DNA from: a virus
Taxonomy: Duplodnaviria; Caudoviricetes
Virus record (IMG/VR): IMGVR_UViG_3300018015_000022
Span: 1 to 34,063 of that record
Reading direction: 5' to 3' (one strand)
Length of the DNA stretch: 34,063 bases
The position numbers and the translations under genes are program-made. Shown piece by piece: positions 1 to 9,091 of the stretch (positions are counted from its first letter, which is position 1; every line of letters starts with the position of its first letter). Under the pieces are notes generated by a model. That model saw nothing but the letters and a program-made list of their open reading frames with translations, had not been told where the DNA came from and searched no databases.

Positions 1-1
1 A

Positions 2-493
2 AAAGCTGCGGTTAAAAGGATACAACACAGCTCAAATCAGCAGCGACATGACTTAGCCAGCAAAGCGGCAAAGCAAAGATGGGCGGGTAAGAACAAGAAA
101 GTCGCAAAAGGTTCATTGAGGGTATTTAGCACAGCTTTAAACGCTGCCGAAAAACGTCTGGCAAAAGCAATTGAAGAAAGGGCAAAAGCCGCTAATCTTT
201 GGGCTGTACTTAGCGCTGAAATTCCTTCACTACAGCAAACGATTGCCGCACTCAAAAACCAGCAAAATCCTAACGTAGCGACAAGCACTAATCAAGCGGA
301 TCTTGCCACCATGATTTCCGGTCGATCTGCATCCGCTTCGTCGCCTGCTCAGCCCAATCCAATTGCCACGTCTACTCGGCCTTTACAAGCATCGCGTGCT
401 CGCGGGGCGGCCGTTGATGTAAACTTGGAAGGCGTTGATGACGAAAACAAATTTCTTGACGGAAGTGACGTTGCTGCGGGAGAATGGCACTGA
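2..493 (+). CDS. Hypothetical protein, 5'-truncated (basic N-terminal motif plus coiled coil)
   Basis: The frame of ORF 116..493 is open back to base 2 (KAAVKRIQHSSNQQRHDLASKAAKQRW...). R..A.KAA..RW resembles a small basic nucleic-acid-binding motif seen in phage proteins. Coiled-coil segment AAEKRLAKAIEERAK. Stop TGA at 491-493, 7 bp before the array. Confidence 0.7.
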   Translation, partial: KAAVKRIQHSSNQQRHDLASKAAKQRWAGKNKKVAKGSLRVFSTALNAAEKRLAKAIEERAKAANLWAVLSAEIPSLQQTIAALKNQQNPNVATSTNQADLATMISGRSASASSPAQPNPIATSTRPLQASRARGAAVDVNLEGVDDENKFLDGSDVAAGEWH

Positions 494-500
494 TTGAAAT

Positions 501-1393
501 GTTGCAAGTAAGCTAAAGTGCATCGAGCAGATGCAACCGTATCTGGATCAGGATGAAGCTGTCAAGTTTGGTCACAACAAAGCTAAAGTGCATCGAACAG
601 ATGCAACTATGAAGCATCGCTGGTATTTGCCCTTGATATAGGCGCAACAAGGCTAAAGTGCATCGAGCAGATGCAACGCCATCCTTTTGTTCGGACTGTC
701 GGTTGCTCCCGGTCTCAACAAAGCTAAAGTGCATCGTGCAGATGCAACTCTGGAGGTAGAAATATTTTTTATTTTTGAGTCGAGATGCTGCGGCAAATTT
801 AAAGTGCATCGGACAGATGCAACGCCACGGAATGGCAAAAAATCCGCAGCAGACGCTGTAGCAACAGGCTTTTAGTGCATCGGACAGATGCAACTGCCAA
901 CGTTTGTCAGAGCGCAGCAACCGATTTCATAGCAACGGGTTTTAAGTGCATCGAGCAGATGCAACGATCAGGAACGCAAACTTCCACGTCGTCGTTTGCG
1001 TCGCAACAAAACTAAAGTGCATCGAGCAGATGCAACCAGAAAGCGTTTAGGCGTGAATATGCCAGGCAGCGGTCGCAACAAAGCTAAAGTGCATCGTGCA
1101 GATGCAACCTTTGCAGCGTAATTCAGAAACGAATGCAGGTGGGTCGCAACAAAGCTAAAGTGCATCGTGCAGATGCAACAGATGTTAAGTGGAGAATGGG
1201 ATATAAAAAATGCGGTCGCAACAAAACTAAAGTGCATCGGACAGATGCAACCCAACAGGTGATTATGCAAATTGTGTGGACTAATGTAGCAACGCTTTTT
1301 GAGTGCATCGAACAGATGCAACCAGACAAACCTGTTAATGCTTTTAACATTTTTTCGTAACAATGAGCTAGCAGTGCATCGCACAGATGCGAC
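501..1393 (+). CRISPR. CRISPR-like array: 13 repeats (37 bp, consensus GTCGCAACAAAGCTAAAGTGCATCGNRCAGATGCAAC) and 12 unique spacers
   Basis: Repeats at 501-537, 571-607, 641-677, 712-748, 787-823, 858-894, 929-965, 1000-1036, 1072-1108, 1143-1179, 1215-1251, 1286-1322 and a degenerate copy at ~1355-1393. Spacers are about 32-35 bp (one of 38 bp) and all different. Invariant hairpin TGCATC-GNRCA-GATGC. Orientation is inferred, not proven. Confidence 0.93.
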
Positions 1394-1401
1394 AAGAGTT
1401 T

Positions 1402-2313
1402 TCAAGAAGAAATCATTTTAAATATTCCATTTCTCGGCTCGCTGCCGGCGTGGCACTCATTACGAAATTGGCAAGGTTTAGGCCAATCGCAACCGGTCAT
1501 TTGTTCATCCGGCAACGTCTTTAACGCTTCTATTGCTTTTAGCTTTCGCTTCATCAGATCCAGCATATGCTGGCGAGCGCTTTTTTCCGGCACGCCGATT
1601 TTGACAGAAAAGCAAAGGTCGGCAAGAACACCATCCGCAAGCATTTCCTCCAGCCAAGCCGTCGTCTCAATCTCATCATGATCTTCGCGCCAGACTGATT
1701 CCCATGAATCTTTAAATGGTTCATGTTGCGCATTCTTTTTACGAAATCGCAGTTTTTTGTTTCGCGGATGAAGTAATCCGTGCGTCCAAAAACTATGATA
1801 TTTTCCGCTGCGATGTGGACCTAAAACTATAACGGCAATTTGCATTGGCAACGAATAATTGCAAACGGCACCTAACGTAGCCCATGATCGACAAACAGAA
1901 TAATGCCGTTCATCGCTCCATGACGTTACACATACTACTCGACGTAAATATGCACCATCCGGCGATAGAAAACACGACGGTTTCCAGCACGAAAGCGTTT
2001 CAGGAATTAACCACGGCGGTTCCGATGGTTTCCGAACGGCCGTTGCAATAATGTCGCATAACGATGCCGCATGAATCACTTCGGAATGTAAATCATATTC
2101 GTGGCTATCTATTCCAGGATCGACGCCTAATCCATAAACCGTCTCGCCAGCAACATTACCGTAGTCTTTGCGATTTTTTTCAATTACTGCTGCACGAATT
2201 CCAGCATCAAGCATTTCCAAAGCGGCTAATTTCCGCTTTTCCCATCGCTTCATCCAAAAACATTGACGCGGGCAATGTTCAAATGTAGACAGTATTTCTG
2301 CGGTTCCAACCAT
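1402..2313 (-). CDS. Cas4/RecB-like PD-(D/E)XK-fold protein with four putative Fe-S cysteines
   Basis: N-terminal LSTFEHCPRQ and C-terminal CDWPKPCQFRNEC give the 1+3 Cys 'staple' typical of Cas4/AddB-like nucleases. A canonical D..(D/E)xK catalytic motif is not obvious. Confidence 0.7.
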   Translation of the reverse strand: MVGTAEILSTFEHCPRQCFWMKRWEKRKLAALEMLDAGIRAAVIEKNRKDYGNVAGETVYGLGVDPGIDSHEYDLHSEVIHAASLCDIIATAVRKPSEPPWLIPETLSCWKPSCFLSPDGAYLRRVVCVTSWSDERHYSVCRSWATLGAVCNYSLPMQIAVIVLGPHRSGKYHSFWTHGLLHPRNKKLRFRKKNAQHEPFKDSWESVWREDHDEIETTAWLEEMLADGVLADLCFSVKIGVPEKSARQHMLDLMKRKLKAIEALKTLPDEQMTGCDWPKPCQFRNECHAGSEPRNGIFKMISS

Positions 2314-2323
2314 ATGTAATGCC

Positions 2324-4651
2324 CTACGGCATCACTTCTGACCCTTCAGATTCCGTTTCATCTGGCGATTCAGGTTGCGTTTCTTTAGTAGGTTCTGTTG
2401 GCGCTGGTTGCTGCGCTGGTGCTTGAGCTGGCGTAGATTGAAGCTGCTGTGCTTGCTTTCGTAATTGCTGCAAAGATTGAGGTTGTCCAGCGCCAGAAGC
2501 CAAAAATCCGGCAACAGAAGGAGAAACAGTAATTGGTCTTCCCTCTTTGGCTGACGCTTGAATAACATTTCTGGTGACATCTGCTATTTTTAGCCGTTCT
2601 GCATTTGGCAATTGTCGTAATCCAGCAACTTCTTCCGGCGTCGCGCGAGATACCCATTCAACAAAACGAGGATTCCGTAAAAGAGTTTGAAATGCCAATT
2701 TACTACCAACATATCCCCATGCGCCAGTTCTAAAAGCTACTTCTCCTGCGCCATGAAACAACGGTCGAAACGCTTCCATTAAAGACGAGCCAAGAATTGC
2801 ATAATCATATCCCGTCAACCCTACCCGTTTTGCTTTACTTTCAAGCATTTTTACGCGTTCAGCTTGGACATCTAGCGTCGGGCGAGGCGCTGCAGCAACT
2901 GGCCGTTCACCACCCGGCAACGGTAACGGTTGCGTAGTCGGCCGTTCCGGATATTGTTGAAGCCCTTCACGCAAAGGCTCCTTTGACATACCTTTTAGCG
3001 CCGTACGCTTAGTATCAAGTTCAGAAGACAGCCGACTAATTTCTGGATCATAAGCCGACAGCTTTTCCCGCCGATTTGCAATCCCTTGTTCCTTAGCCAA
3101 TTCAGGGGATGTTTCTCGCAACGATTGCGTTTGTACTGTTCTTGGATCGGTCGGAGAATCATGGAATGCTTCCATCATTTGCGTATGCGAAGCACGTGCG
3201 CGCGTTAATTGCTTAGTCATTTTTTTACGCACCGCAATTGCATCCATGGACTGATCTATTCCGTTCAAAATCATTTTCAACGAGTTGTATGTGCCAGCTT
3301 CCAGACGGCCACCGCTATACATCCGGTTAAGAGTGTACGTACGAAGCCGTTGTAAACGCGCAAAACTAGTATTGCCCGCATTGTCTCCCACTGGCGGCAG
3401 TTCGCCGTATTGCATTTCATAAAACTGACTGTAGTTTCTGTCGTTAATAGGTACTTCTTTGTTGTTGGCAATGACTTGGCGCGCCTTGCCGTTTACGATC
3501 GGCCGTCCAACGTTATCAAATTTCACCCCTCCTTCGTGCAAAATGCTGCGTACAATCGGAAGTGTTACTGGGTCGGCATAAGCAGAAGCGCTTTTCGCAA
3601 TTGTCTTTAATGGCGCAACAGGCGTTTCTTCCTGATCTAACGCCTTATGCACTTGATCCCAATTTGCATCGTTTTCTTTTTCTGCTTTAGTTTGAGCAGC
3701 TTCGTGGCGCTTAGCTAATTCTTGAGACGACTTCTTTACATCATTTTCAAGACGAATACGATCTTGATGCTCTTTTAGAACTTTTAGATTCTTCTCCCGA
3801 ATTGCTGCACGTTCCTGCGCAGAAGTTCCTGCTTCTTCTCGGGCTTTTCCTAAAGCAGTCGTTCGTGCTTTTCCTGCTTTTTCAATTTCACCTTTTGCCG
3901 CTTCTTTTACTGCACCTTTTCCAATTCCGGCAATCGTCTGCGCACTTCTACGAAACTTTTCGCTAGCAGCTTCACGAAGATTAGGTAGACTGCTAAGGCG
4001 TTTACTGGCACCATGCGTAGCGGCACCAACAATTGCCATGCCAGCCAACGTTCCTATAGCATTTTGCACAGCCATTCTAGGATCGGTCTTCACATCTTCC
4101 TTAAATTGATCTCGCAAACCCACAAGCGTGTTACCTGGATCGACCATATCGAGCAGATTGTACACGTCATTAACATTTCCGCTAGAAGAACTAGCCTTAA
4201 AAAATGTTGACGCGAGATCTTTTAAATAACCAGGCGTACCGTATAAAACACGACCCGCTGCCCGATCCACATTGCTAATGCCAGGCGTTTTCATGTTTTT
4301 TATGGTCTCGCCCGGTACTGGCTGTAATCCCTGCTGAACACGTGCTTTAGCCTTTTCCAACCACGATGGTCCTTCGCCCTGGTGCGCAAAATCCTTTTCG
4401 TACTTCGACGCCTCATCAGGATGCAAATGATAACCTGCACTTTGCGCATCTTGAACACGGCTAAAAGGAACCATCTTTACGTCTTCAGTTCGCGTAAATC
4501 CGGCATTTGAAGCCGGAAGCATTCGATAGAGTCCTTCACCCTTTGGATTTGCCGTAAAATCAGGCATAGCAGAAGGAGCATTTTTTACAAACCAGTCCCC
4601 GCCTTTGGCATTTGTCTTTGGCGCATTTGCAGTGAACCAATCTTGAGCCAT
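2324..4651 (-). CDS. Putative internal virion / DNA ejection protein (large)
   Basis: 775 aa, Ala/Lys/Glu-rich and helical. Third of three coupled genes (TAATG overlap at 4651) after the tail genes, as in podovirus ejection-protein clusters. Confidence 0.55.
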   Translation of the reverse strand: MAQDWFTANAPKTNAKGGDWFVKNAPSAMPDFTANPKGEGLYRMLPASNAGFTRTEDVKMVPFSRVQDAQSAGYHLHPDEASKYEKDFAHQGEGPSWLEKAKARVQQGLQPVPGETIKNMKTPGISNVDRAAGRVLYGTPGYLKDLASTFFKASSSSGNVNDVYNLLDMVDPGNTLVGLRDQFKEDVKTDPRMAVQNAIGTLAGMAIVGAATHGASKRLSSLPNLREAASEKFRRSAQTIAGIGKGAVKEAAKGEIEKAGKARTTALGKAREEAGTSAQERAAIREKNLKVLKEHQDRIRLENDVKKSSQELAKRHEAAQTKAEKENDANWDQVHKALDQEETPVAPLKTIAKSASAYADPVTLPIVRSILHEGGVKFDNVGRPIVNGKARQVIANNKEVPINDRNYSQFYEMQYGELPPVGDNAGNTSFARLQRLRTYTLNRMYSGGRLEAGTYNSLKMILNGIDQSMDAIAVRKKMTKQLTRARASHTQMMEAFHDSPTDPRTVQTQSLRETSPELAKEQGIANRREKLSAYDPEISRLSSELDTKRTALKGMSKEPLREGLQQYPERPTTQPLPLPGGERPVAAAPRPTLDVQAERVKMLESKAKRVGLTGYDYAILGSSLMEAFRPLFHGAGEVAFRTGAWGYVGSKLAFQTLLRNPRFVEWVSRATPEEVAGLRQLPNAERLKIADVTRNVIQASAKEGRPITVSPSVAGFLASGAGQPQSLQQLRKQAQQLQSTPAQAPAQQPAPTEPTKETQPESPDETESEGSEVMP

Positions 4652-6333
4652 TACTTCACCACCGCGGCGCCTAAACTTTTGTAATGGTCGACTTGATCCA
4701 TAGGTACTTGCTTAATCATTCCATTAGGCGCTCTCATTTTTACCATACCGCCGCCAGCAACATCACCACCCCGGCCGTATTCAGCATTGAGCCGATCAAG
4801 ATGCTGTTTTAAAATATCCACTTTTTCATGCGCCAATTGAACCATTTGCCGCATTTGCTCAGGAGCTAATGTCACACCGGACAATAAACCCCGACTATCA
4901 AACCGAGCTTTAGCCCGTTCCAACCACGGAGCCGACTGTACGGCTTCGTTCCATACTGCTTGGTTAATACGCGCGCCCTTTTGGCCACCGAGCGTCATAC
5001 CAATGTGATTAGCAACCAACGAAAGCATGGCTTGCTGATCGTTGTGTAAAGCGTTCGTTAAGTTGCGATCCATCGTTTTCATCCTATCGATGGAAGATTC
5101 ATAATCCTTTTTCGTATCCGAATATTCTTTTGGCGTTTTAAATCCGATTACACGGCCGACCTTAGGTGCATTAGGTGCCGCGGCAGTATTCGCAGGAACC
5201 GTACCTGCTCTAGGAGCTTGCGCTGTTGCACGCGGAACACGGCTACGCGCTTCCCCTGGCGTTTTTGGCACGGTAGATACTGCCGGTGGAGCCGCTGCGG
5301 CGGATTGCGCCGCAGACGACGTGCCAGCAGAAGTTGATGGCCCTGCAGCGCCCGGTCTTCCAGCACCCACAGGAACCGACATACGTGTTTCTGGAACTTG
5401 AATGACTTGTCCAGTTTCTGGATCATAGTAATGATAGAAACCAGTTGTAATTCTTCCCGTTAACGATGCCGGCGGCACCAAGCTGTAATTTCGAGATCCT
5501 GGAATTTCCTGGTGCGTCTTTGCATCCAAGTTTACAGAGTATATTTTTCCGCTTTTGTCGCGCGCCCACGCTGTTTTTGGTTGCAGTTCCTTTGGCGCAA
5601 TCTTAGCGCCTTGCAACACGTCATTAGGTATTTGTTCGCCGGTCAGATACTGCCATTTTCCGCTTTTGATATCTTGTTGAGCTGTAAGCGTTGTACCATT
5701 TGGCAATGTCAAAGTTTGCGTTTTAAAACTTTCACCAGTCGGCTTAGGCTCTGTTATTTTTCCAGTAAGCGCGAATTCTTTTTTTTGCTCATCAGAGGGT
5801 TGAGCTCCAGATCCCATTACTTCCTGGTAATTAGCCAAATATTTTTCCCACGGAGTTTGCGGTGCAACGTATGTCGGTGCCGCCGTTGCTTTCCTTTGCG
5901 CCTCCGCTTGCGCTCTTAGCTGCGCCGGAGTCTGTGGCCCCCGAATCATGTATGCCGCACCTGTGGGAACTTTTTCACCACCAATATCCATTGTCGGTTG
6001 ACCAATGACCGGAGGAGCAACCGCAGGCTGCTTGCCGCCACCTTTTGTCAAATGCAGCAAGTGGCCAAATTTATGCAGCGCGCCAGGCTGTTGCGCAAAA
6101 AGTCCGTTCCGGCTCTCGATCGCTTGTTGCAAGGCATACTGGGTTTTTAAATATTCAGGGGTTCCAGGCTTAACCGTCGAAAGCTTTGTCTGCAAATTAC
6201 CAATGTCTTGCTGTAGATCGCTAAAATGAGTCTGAAACTCTTCGTCAGACAGCTGCTGCTTCCGCGCAGTTCGCTGCTGCGCAAGTTGCGAACCTAGATT
6301 CCAACCACTTTGCCATGCTTCGCCGCTTGCCAT
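4651..6333 (-). CDS. Putative DNA ejection protein (middle)
   Basis: 560 aa, Gln/Ala/Pro-rich, N-terminal GWNLG..LAQQR, C-terminal MVKMRAPNG...VP...V.HY..LGA module. Synteny with podovirus ejection genes. SD GGGAG upstream. Confidence 0.55.
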   Translation of the reverse strand: MASGEAWQSGWNLGSQLAQQRTARKQQLSDEEFQTHFSDLQQDIGNLQTKLSTVKPGTPEYLKTQYALQQAIESRNGLFAQQPGALHKFGHLLHLTKGGGKQPAVAPPVIGQPTMDIGGEKVPTGAAYMIRGPQTPAQLRAQAEAQRKATAAPTYVAPQTPWEKYLANYQEVMGSGAQPSDEQKKEFALTGKITEPKPTGESFKTQTLTLPNGTTLTAQQDIKSGKWQYLTGEQIPNDVLQGAKIAPKELQPKTAWARDKSGKIYSVNLDAKTHQEIPGSRNYSLVPPASLTGRITTGFYHYYDPETGQVIQVPETRMSVPVGAGRPGAAGPSTSAGTSSAAQSAAAAPPAVSTVPKTPGEARSRVPRATAQAPRAGTVPANTAAAPNAPKVGRVIGFKTPKEYSDTKKDYESSIDRMKTMDRNLTNALHNDQQAMLSLVANHIGMTLGGQKGARINQAVWNEAVQSAPWLERAKARFDSRGLLSGVTLAPEQMRQMVQLAHEKVDILKQHLDRLNAEYGRGGDVAGGGMVKMRAPNGMIKQVPMDQVDHYKSLGAAVVK

Positions 6334-6343
6334 ACATTACTCC

Positions 6344-6937
6344 CTACTGATTATCACCGCCAGAAAAATAACTTTGCAGCCCGCTCATAGCGCCTTTGCG
6401 TGCACCAGTTTTAGAAAGCGCACCACCGGCCGCTCCCAATCCAAAAGACTCGGCCGCTCCAACTCCGCCAGAAACAGCGCGCCCCAAAATGCTGTTTGAC
6501 CAATTTTGCGTTTGCTCCTGCGACAATGTCGCTTGCTGGCCATACGCTTGCATTCCCTGGCTCAATAGGCTACTGCCAGAGCTTGCCAATCCGCTGGCCG
6601 AGGTACCCAGAAGCGAAGAGATCATACTGTTGACGGAAGCCCGCGACTTGTCGTCTGCGGACTGCATGGCAGCGTTGCTGCCTCCTCCGCGGTTTCCGAA
6701 CTGCGCCGTTTGCAATTTGGACTGCTGGCCCTGCCCTTTGATATTGCTGATCTCCGGTCCCAGCACCTTTCCAATTTTGGATTGATTTCCACTGAGGATA
6801 GAAGACATAAAGTTCGAAGACTGCGACAGGTTGCTCTCGCCCAGATTGGTGGCAAATTTGCCAATCTGACCAAACTGGTTTATGTCGCCTGACAAGGTCG
6901 AATTTGAACCGCCAAAAAGAGAATTCCAGAACCCCAT
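6344..6937 (-). CDS. Putative DNA ejection / pilot protein (small, Gly/Ser/Gln-rich)
   Basis: 197 aa starting MGFWNSLFGG, low complexity, first of the ejection-like trio (P22 gp7-like position). Confidence 0.55.
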   Translation of the reverse strand: MGFWNSLFGGSNSTLSGDINQFGQIGKFATNLGESNLSQSSNFMSSILSGNQSKIGKVLGPEISNIKGQGQQSKLQTAQFGNRGGGSNAAMQSADDKSRASVNSMISSLLGTSASGLASSGSSLLSQGMQAYGQQATLSQEQTQNWSNSILGRAVSGGVGAAESFGLGAAGGALSKTGARKGAMSGLQSYFSGGDNQ

Positions 6938-7057
6938 AATACACCTACTTGTAGTAAAATAAAGATGCCAAAGATATAGATCTTAGTTGGTTACAAGCAT
7001 TGTTGAGAAGTAACTACGGCACCTTCAGCTAATTCGTTGTATCCCGTTATTAACGGG

Positions 7058-7642
7058 ATGAAGATATGCTGCCGAAAAGACTGCAAATTTGCAGGCATTC
7101 CACAGCCCATCAAAAACTTTGACAAAAATCCAAAAATTAAGTCCGGAAGATGTGGGCATTGCCGATCATGTGCTAATGCGTACAAGGCAAAATGGGAGAA
7201 AAAATGGCGAAAAGAGCATCTTGAAGAGGCACGAGCCAGAGATCGGGCATATTTGCGTAGCGAACAACATCGTGCTTGGTATTTGCGCCGCCGCGACGAA
7301 TTAAACGCACTAGCTAAAGAATGGAGAAAGGCCCACCCAAAGCACGTAAAAGACTTATCTATTAAGAAAAGGTTTCGACAATACGGAGTAACTCCAGAGT
7401 GGTACGAAGAGACTTTACGCTTACAGGGGGGTAAATGCGCTATCTGCGGCTCGTTTGATCCAAAAAGTAATGGAAAGACCTTCCACGTTGACCACGACCA
7501 TTCTTGCTGCGGTAATTCGTGCCACGCTTGTGATAAATGCAGACGCGGTTTGCTTTGCGCCGTATGTAATACGAGGCTTGGAATTTTGGAAGACACGGAT
7601 TGGATCAAGCAAGCAACTGCGTATCTAGCTCGATATAAATAA
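7058..7642 (+). CDS. Endonuclease VII-family (His-Me finger) putative homing endonuclease, antisense to the operon
   Basis: QGGKCAICG...FHVDHDH...RGLLCAVCNTRLGIL is the EndoVII motif. N-terminal Cys-rich segment. Start could be TTG 7037 or ATG 7058. Confidence 0.88.
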   Translation: MKICCRKDCKFAGIPQPIKNFDKNPKIKSGRCGHCRSCANAYKAKWEKKWRKEHLEEARARDRAYLRSEQHRAWYLRRRDELNALAKEWRKAHPKHVKDLSIKKRFRQYGVTPEWYEETLRLQGGKCAICGSFDPKSNGKTFHVDHDHSCCGNSCHACDKCRRGLLCAVCNTRLGILEDTDWIKQATAYLARYK

Positions 7643-7683
7643 CTTGCAAAAAGGCTTGACCAAAATCCCATATTCCCCCCAAG

Positions 7684-7765
7684 CAAAAACAAAAATGGCC
7701 CAGAGGCCACTTCGGACTCTGAGCCATTGCTTGTTCCCAAAAGGGGGGCATGCTGCTCGACAACT
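7684..7765 (-). promoter_or_regulatory. Conserved attenuator-like RNA element, copy E
   Basis: - strand GAGCAGCATGCC-CCCC-TTTT-GGG-AACAAGCAATGGCTCAGAG..CTCTGGGCCAT-TTTTGTTTTT, matching four other copies. Confidence 0.8.
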
Positions 7766-7848
7766 TCTTTCCCGTACAGTTTACCGCTATTACGCAAATA
7801 AGACTATCGACAAATCAACGTCAATTCCAAGTTTTTTATATTATTAAA

Positions 7849-8979
7849 TCAAGGAAAAACAACAACTTCGAGCGTAATTGTATCCCAAGAAACGCCAATA
7901 TTTGGACAAGTAACTTCCGCTGAAACTGTATTTGTTGCGCTTACACCGCATAAAATATTTTCCAGACTGGCAGCCGGAGTTCCTGAAACAGGCCCTCCCA
8001 ACGGGCTCGCAACAGCACACATTCCCACTGTCGCTCCAGTAACCGTAGTCGAGCCATAAAATGTACCGCTTGATGCACCTCCGGCGTTAATCGTGATTGT
8101 TCCCTTTAGATAACCGGTTCCGCCACCTCCGCTTGCTGTAATTGTTTGATCCGGCCAGCTCCCCGTGATGGTGATGTTTGTACCGGCTACCAAGCTGGGA
8201 CTTGCTGTACCCGTTCCACCATTTGCCACAGACACCGGCGTCGAAAGCGACAGCGTCACATTTCCGCTTGTACCGCCGCCAGTCAGCCCGGTTCCAGCCG
8301 TTACACCAGTAATTGTTCCGCTTCCGCCCCCCGTCGAATTGACGGTAACAGCTCCCACACCACTGGTGGGCGATATTGTCACATTGGTTCCCGCAACAAT
8401 CTGCGTAACCACGTTTCCAATATTTGGAACCAGCTCCGCCCAAAAATTTGTGCCATCGTAGACCACCACCGCCACACAGCCTTGTGGAACTGGCATCGAA
8501 GCTGCAGCCAAATTATTATCGTAAGAAATCGTTCCGGTAATAGGCGTCAATGTCGCCGTACCGGCGCCATAATTCAAGATGCTTGTAAACCAAGGTACGG
8601 TAATTGCTGGGGAAGACGAGCCCACGCTTAACGTCACCGCAATCGCCGAGGCATTATCAAGAATAATGTATTTTCCGTAATCCGATTGCACCGTGGTGTA
8701 GGCTGTCACTCCAGATTGATCGTTCACGTAACCAATCGTTGTTGTAGAAGTATTAGTAACAACCGTCTCTGAACCCGAAGACGTGCTCGCCGTTGATGTT
8801 GTTGTCGCCGTTGTTGTCGTTGTTGTTGTCGAAGTTAATTGCGATTTTAACGAAGCAACCGCTTGATTTAGGTCAAGAATTCCCTGAAAAGCATTGCGAT
8901 GCGCTGTTTTCGCCCCTTCGCTTTCGTTGGCAATTTCCGATTCAAAAGGATAACGAAACGATTCCAGATTAATTGCCAT
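7849..8979 (-). CDS. Putative tail fibre protein
   Basis: Likely start MAINLESF (ATG 8979, GGAAGG upstream). Thr-run linker and Gly-rich repeats (VAGTNVTISP, TAGTGLTGGGTSG, VAGTNITIT) typical of fibres. Confidence 0.6.
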   Translation of the reverse strand: MAINLESFRYPFESEIANESEGAKTAHRNAFQGILDLNQAVASLKSQLTSTTTTTTTATTTSTASTSSGSETVVTNTSTTTIGYVNDQSGVTAYTTVQSDYGKYIILDNASAIAVTLSVGSSSPAITVPWFTSILNYGAGTATLTPITGTISYDNNLAAASMPVPQGCVAVVVYDGTNFWAELVPNIGNVVTQIVAGTNVTISPTSGVGAVTVNSTGGGSGTITGVTAGTGLTGGGTSGNVTLSLSTPVSVANGGTGTASPSLVAGTNITITGSWPDQTITASGGGGTGYLKGTITINAGGASSGTFYGSTTVTGATVGMCAVASPLGGPVSGTPAASLENILCGVSATNTVSAEVTCPNIGVSWDTITLEVVVFP

Positions 8980-9091
8980 TGTGTTTGGCCTTCCATATCG
9001 TGCAATTTGGGCATAAACCGTTGGGAGGTGGTGTAACCTGTATCGCTCCACAACGTTTGCATCGCCGATCAGTTATCGTAATTTTTCCCAT
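8969..9091 (-). CDS. 40-aa Zn-ribbon microprotein (not in the ORF track)
   Basis: MGKITITDRRCKRCGAIQVTPPPNGLCPNCTIWKAKHNGN with CxxC..CxxC. ATG overlaps the upstream stop (TAATG), SD GGAGGTGGAGG. Fills the intergenic gap exactly. Confidence 0.7.
   Translation of the reverse strand: MGKITITDRRCKRCGAIQVTPPPNGLCPNCTIWKAKHNGN

Noticed and set aside
493-500. ATTGAAAT directly before the first repeat, like class 1 repeat ends
   Set aside because: Occurs once and is not part of the repeat unit, so it is likely chance.
513-1405. Several ORFs of 61-145 aa over the array
   Set aside because: Their periodic peptides (VASARCTL, LHLLDAL, CICxMHF) are just translations of the repeats.
7672-7847. ORF 7644..7847 (+) and the 5' part of ORF 6991..7797 (-)
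   Set aside because: They overlap RNA element E. Similar pseudo-peptides (LSHCLFP.GGH) occur at the other copies, so they reflect the non-coding motif.
8790-8835. GTT/GTC trinucleotide run
   Set aside because: Encodes a poly-Thr linker in the fibre protein, imperfect and in frame.
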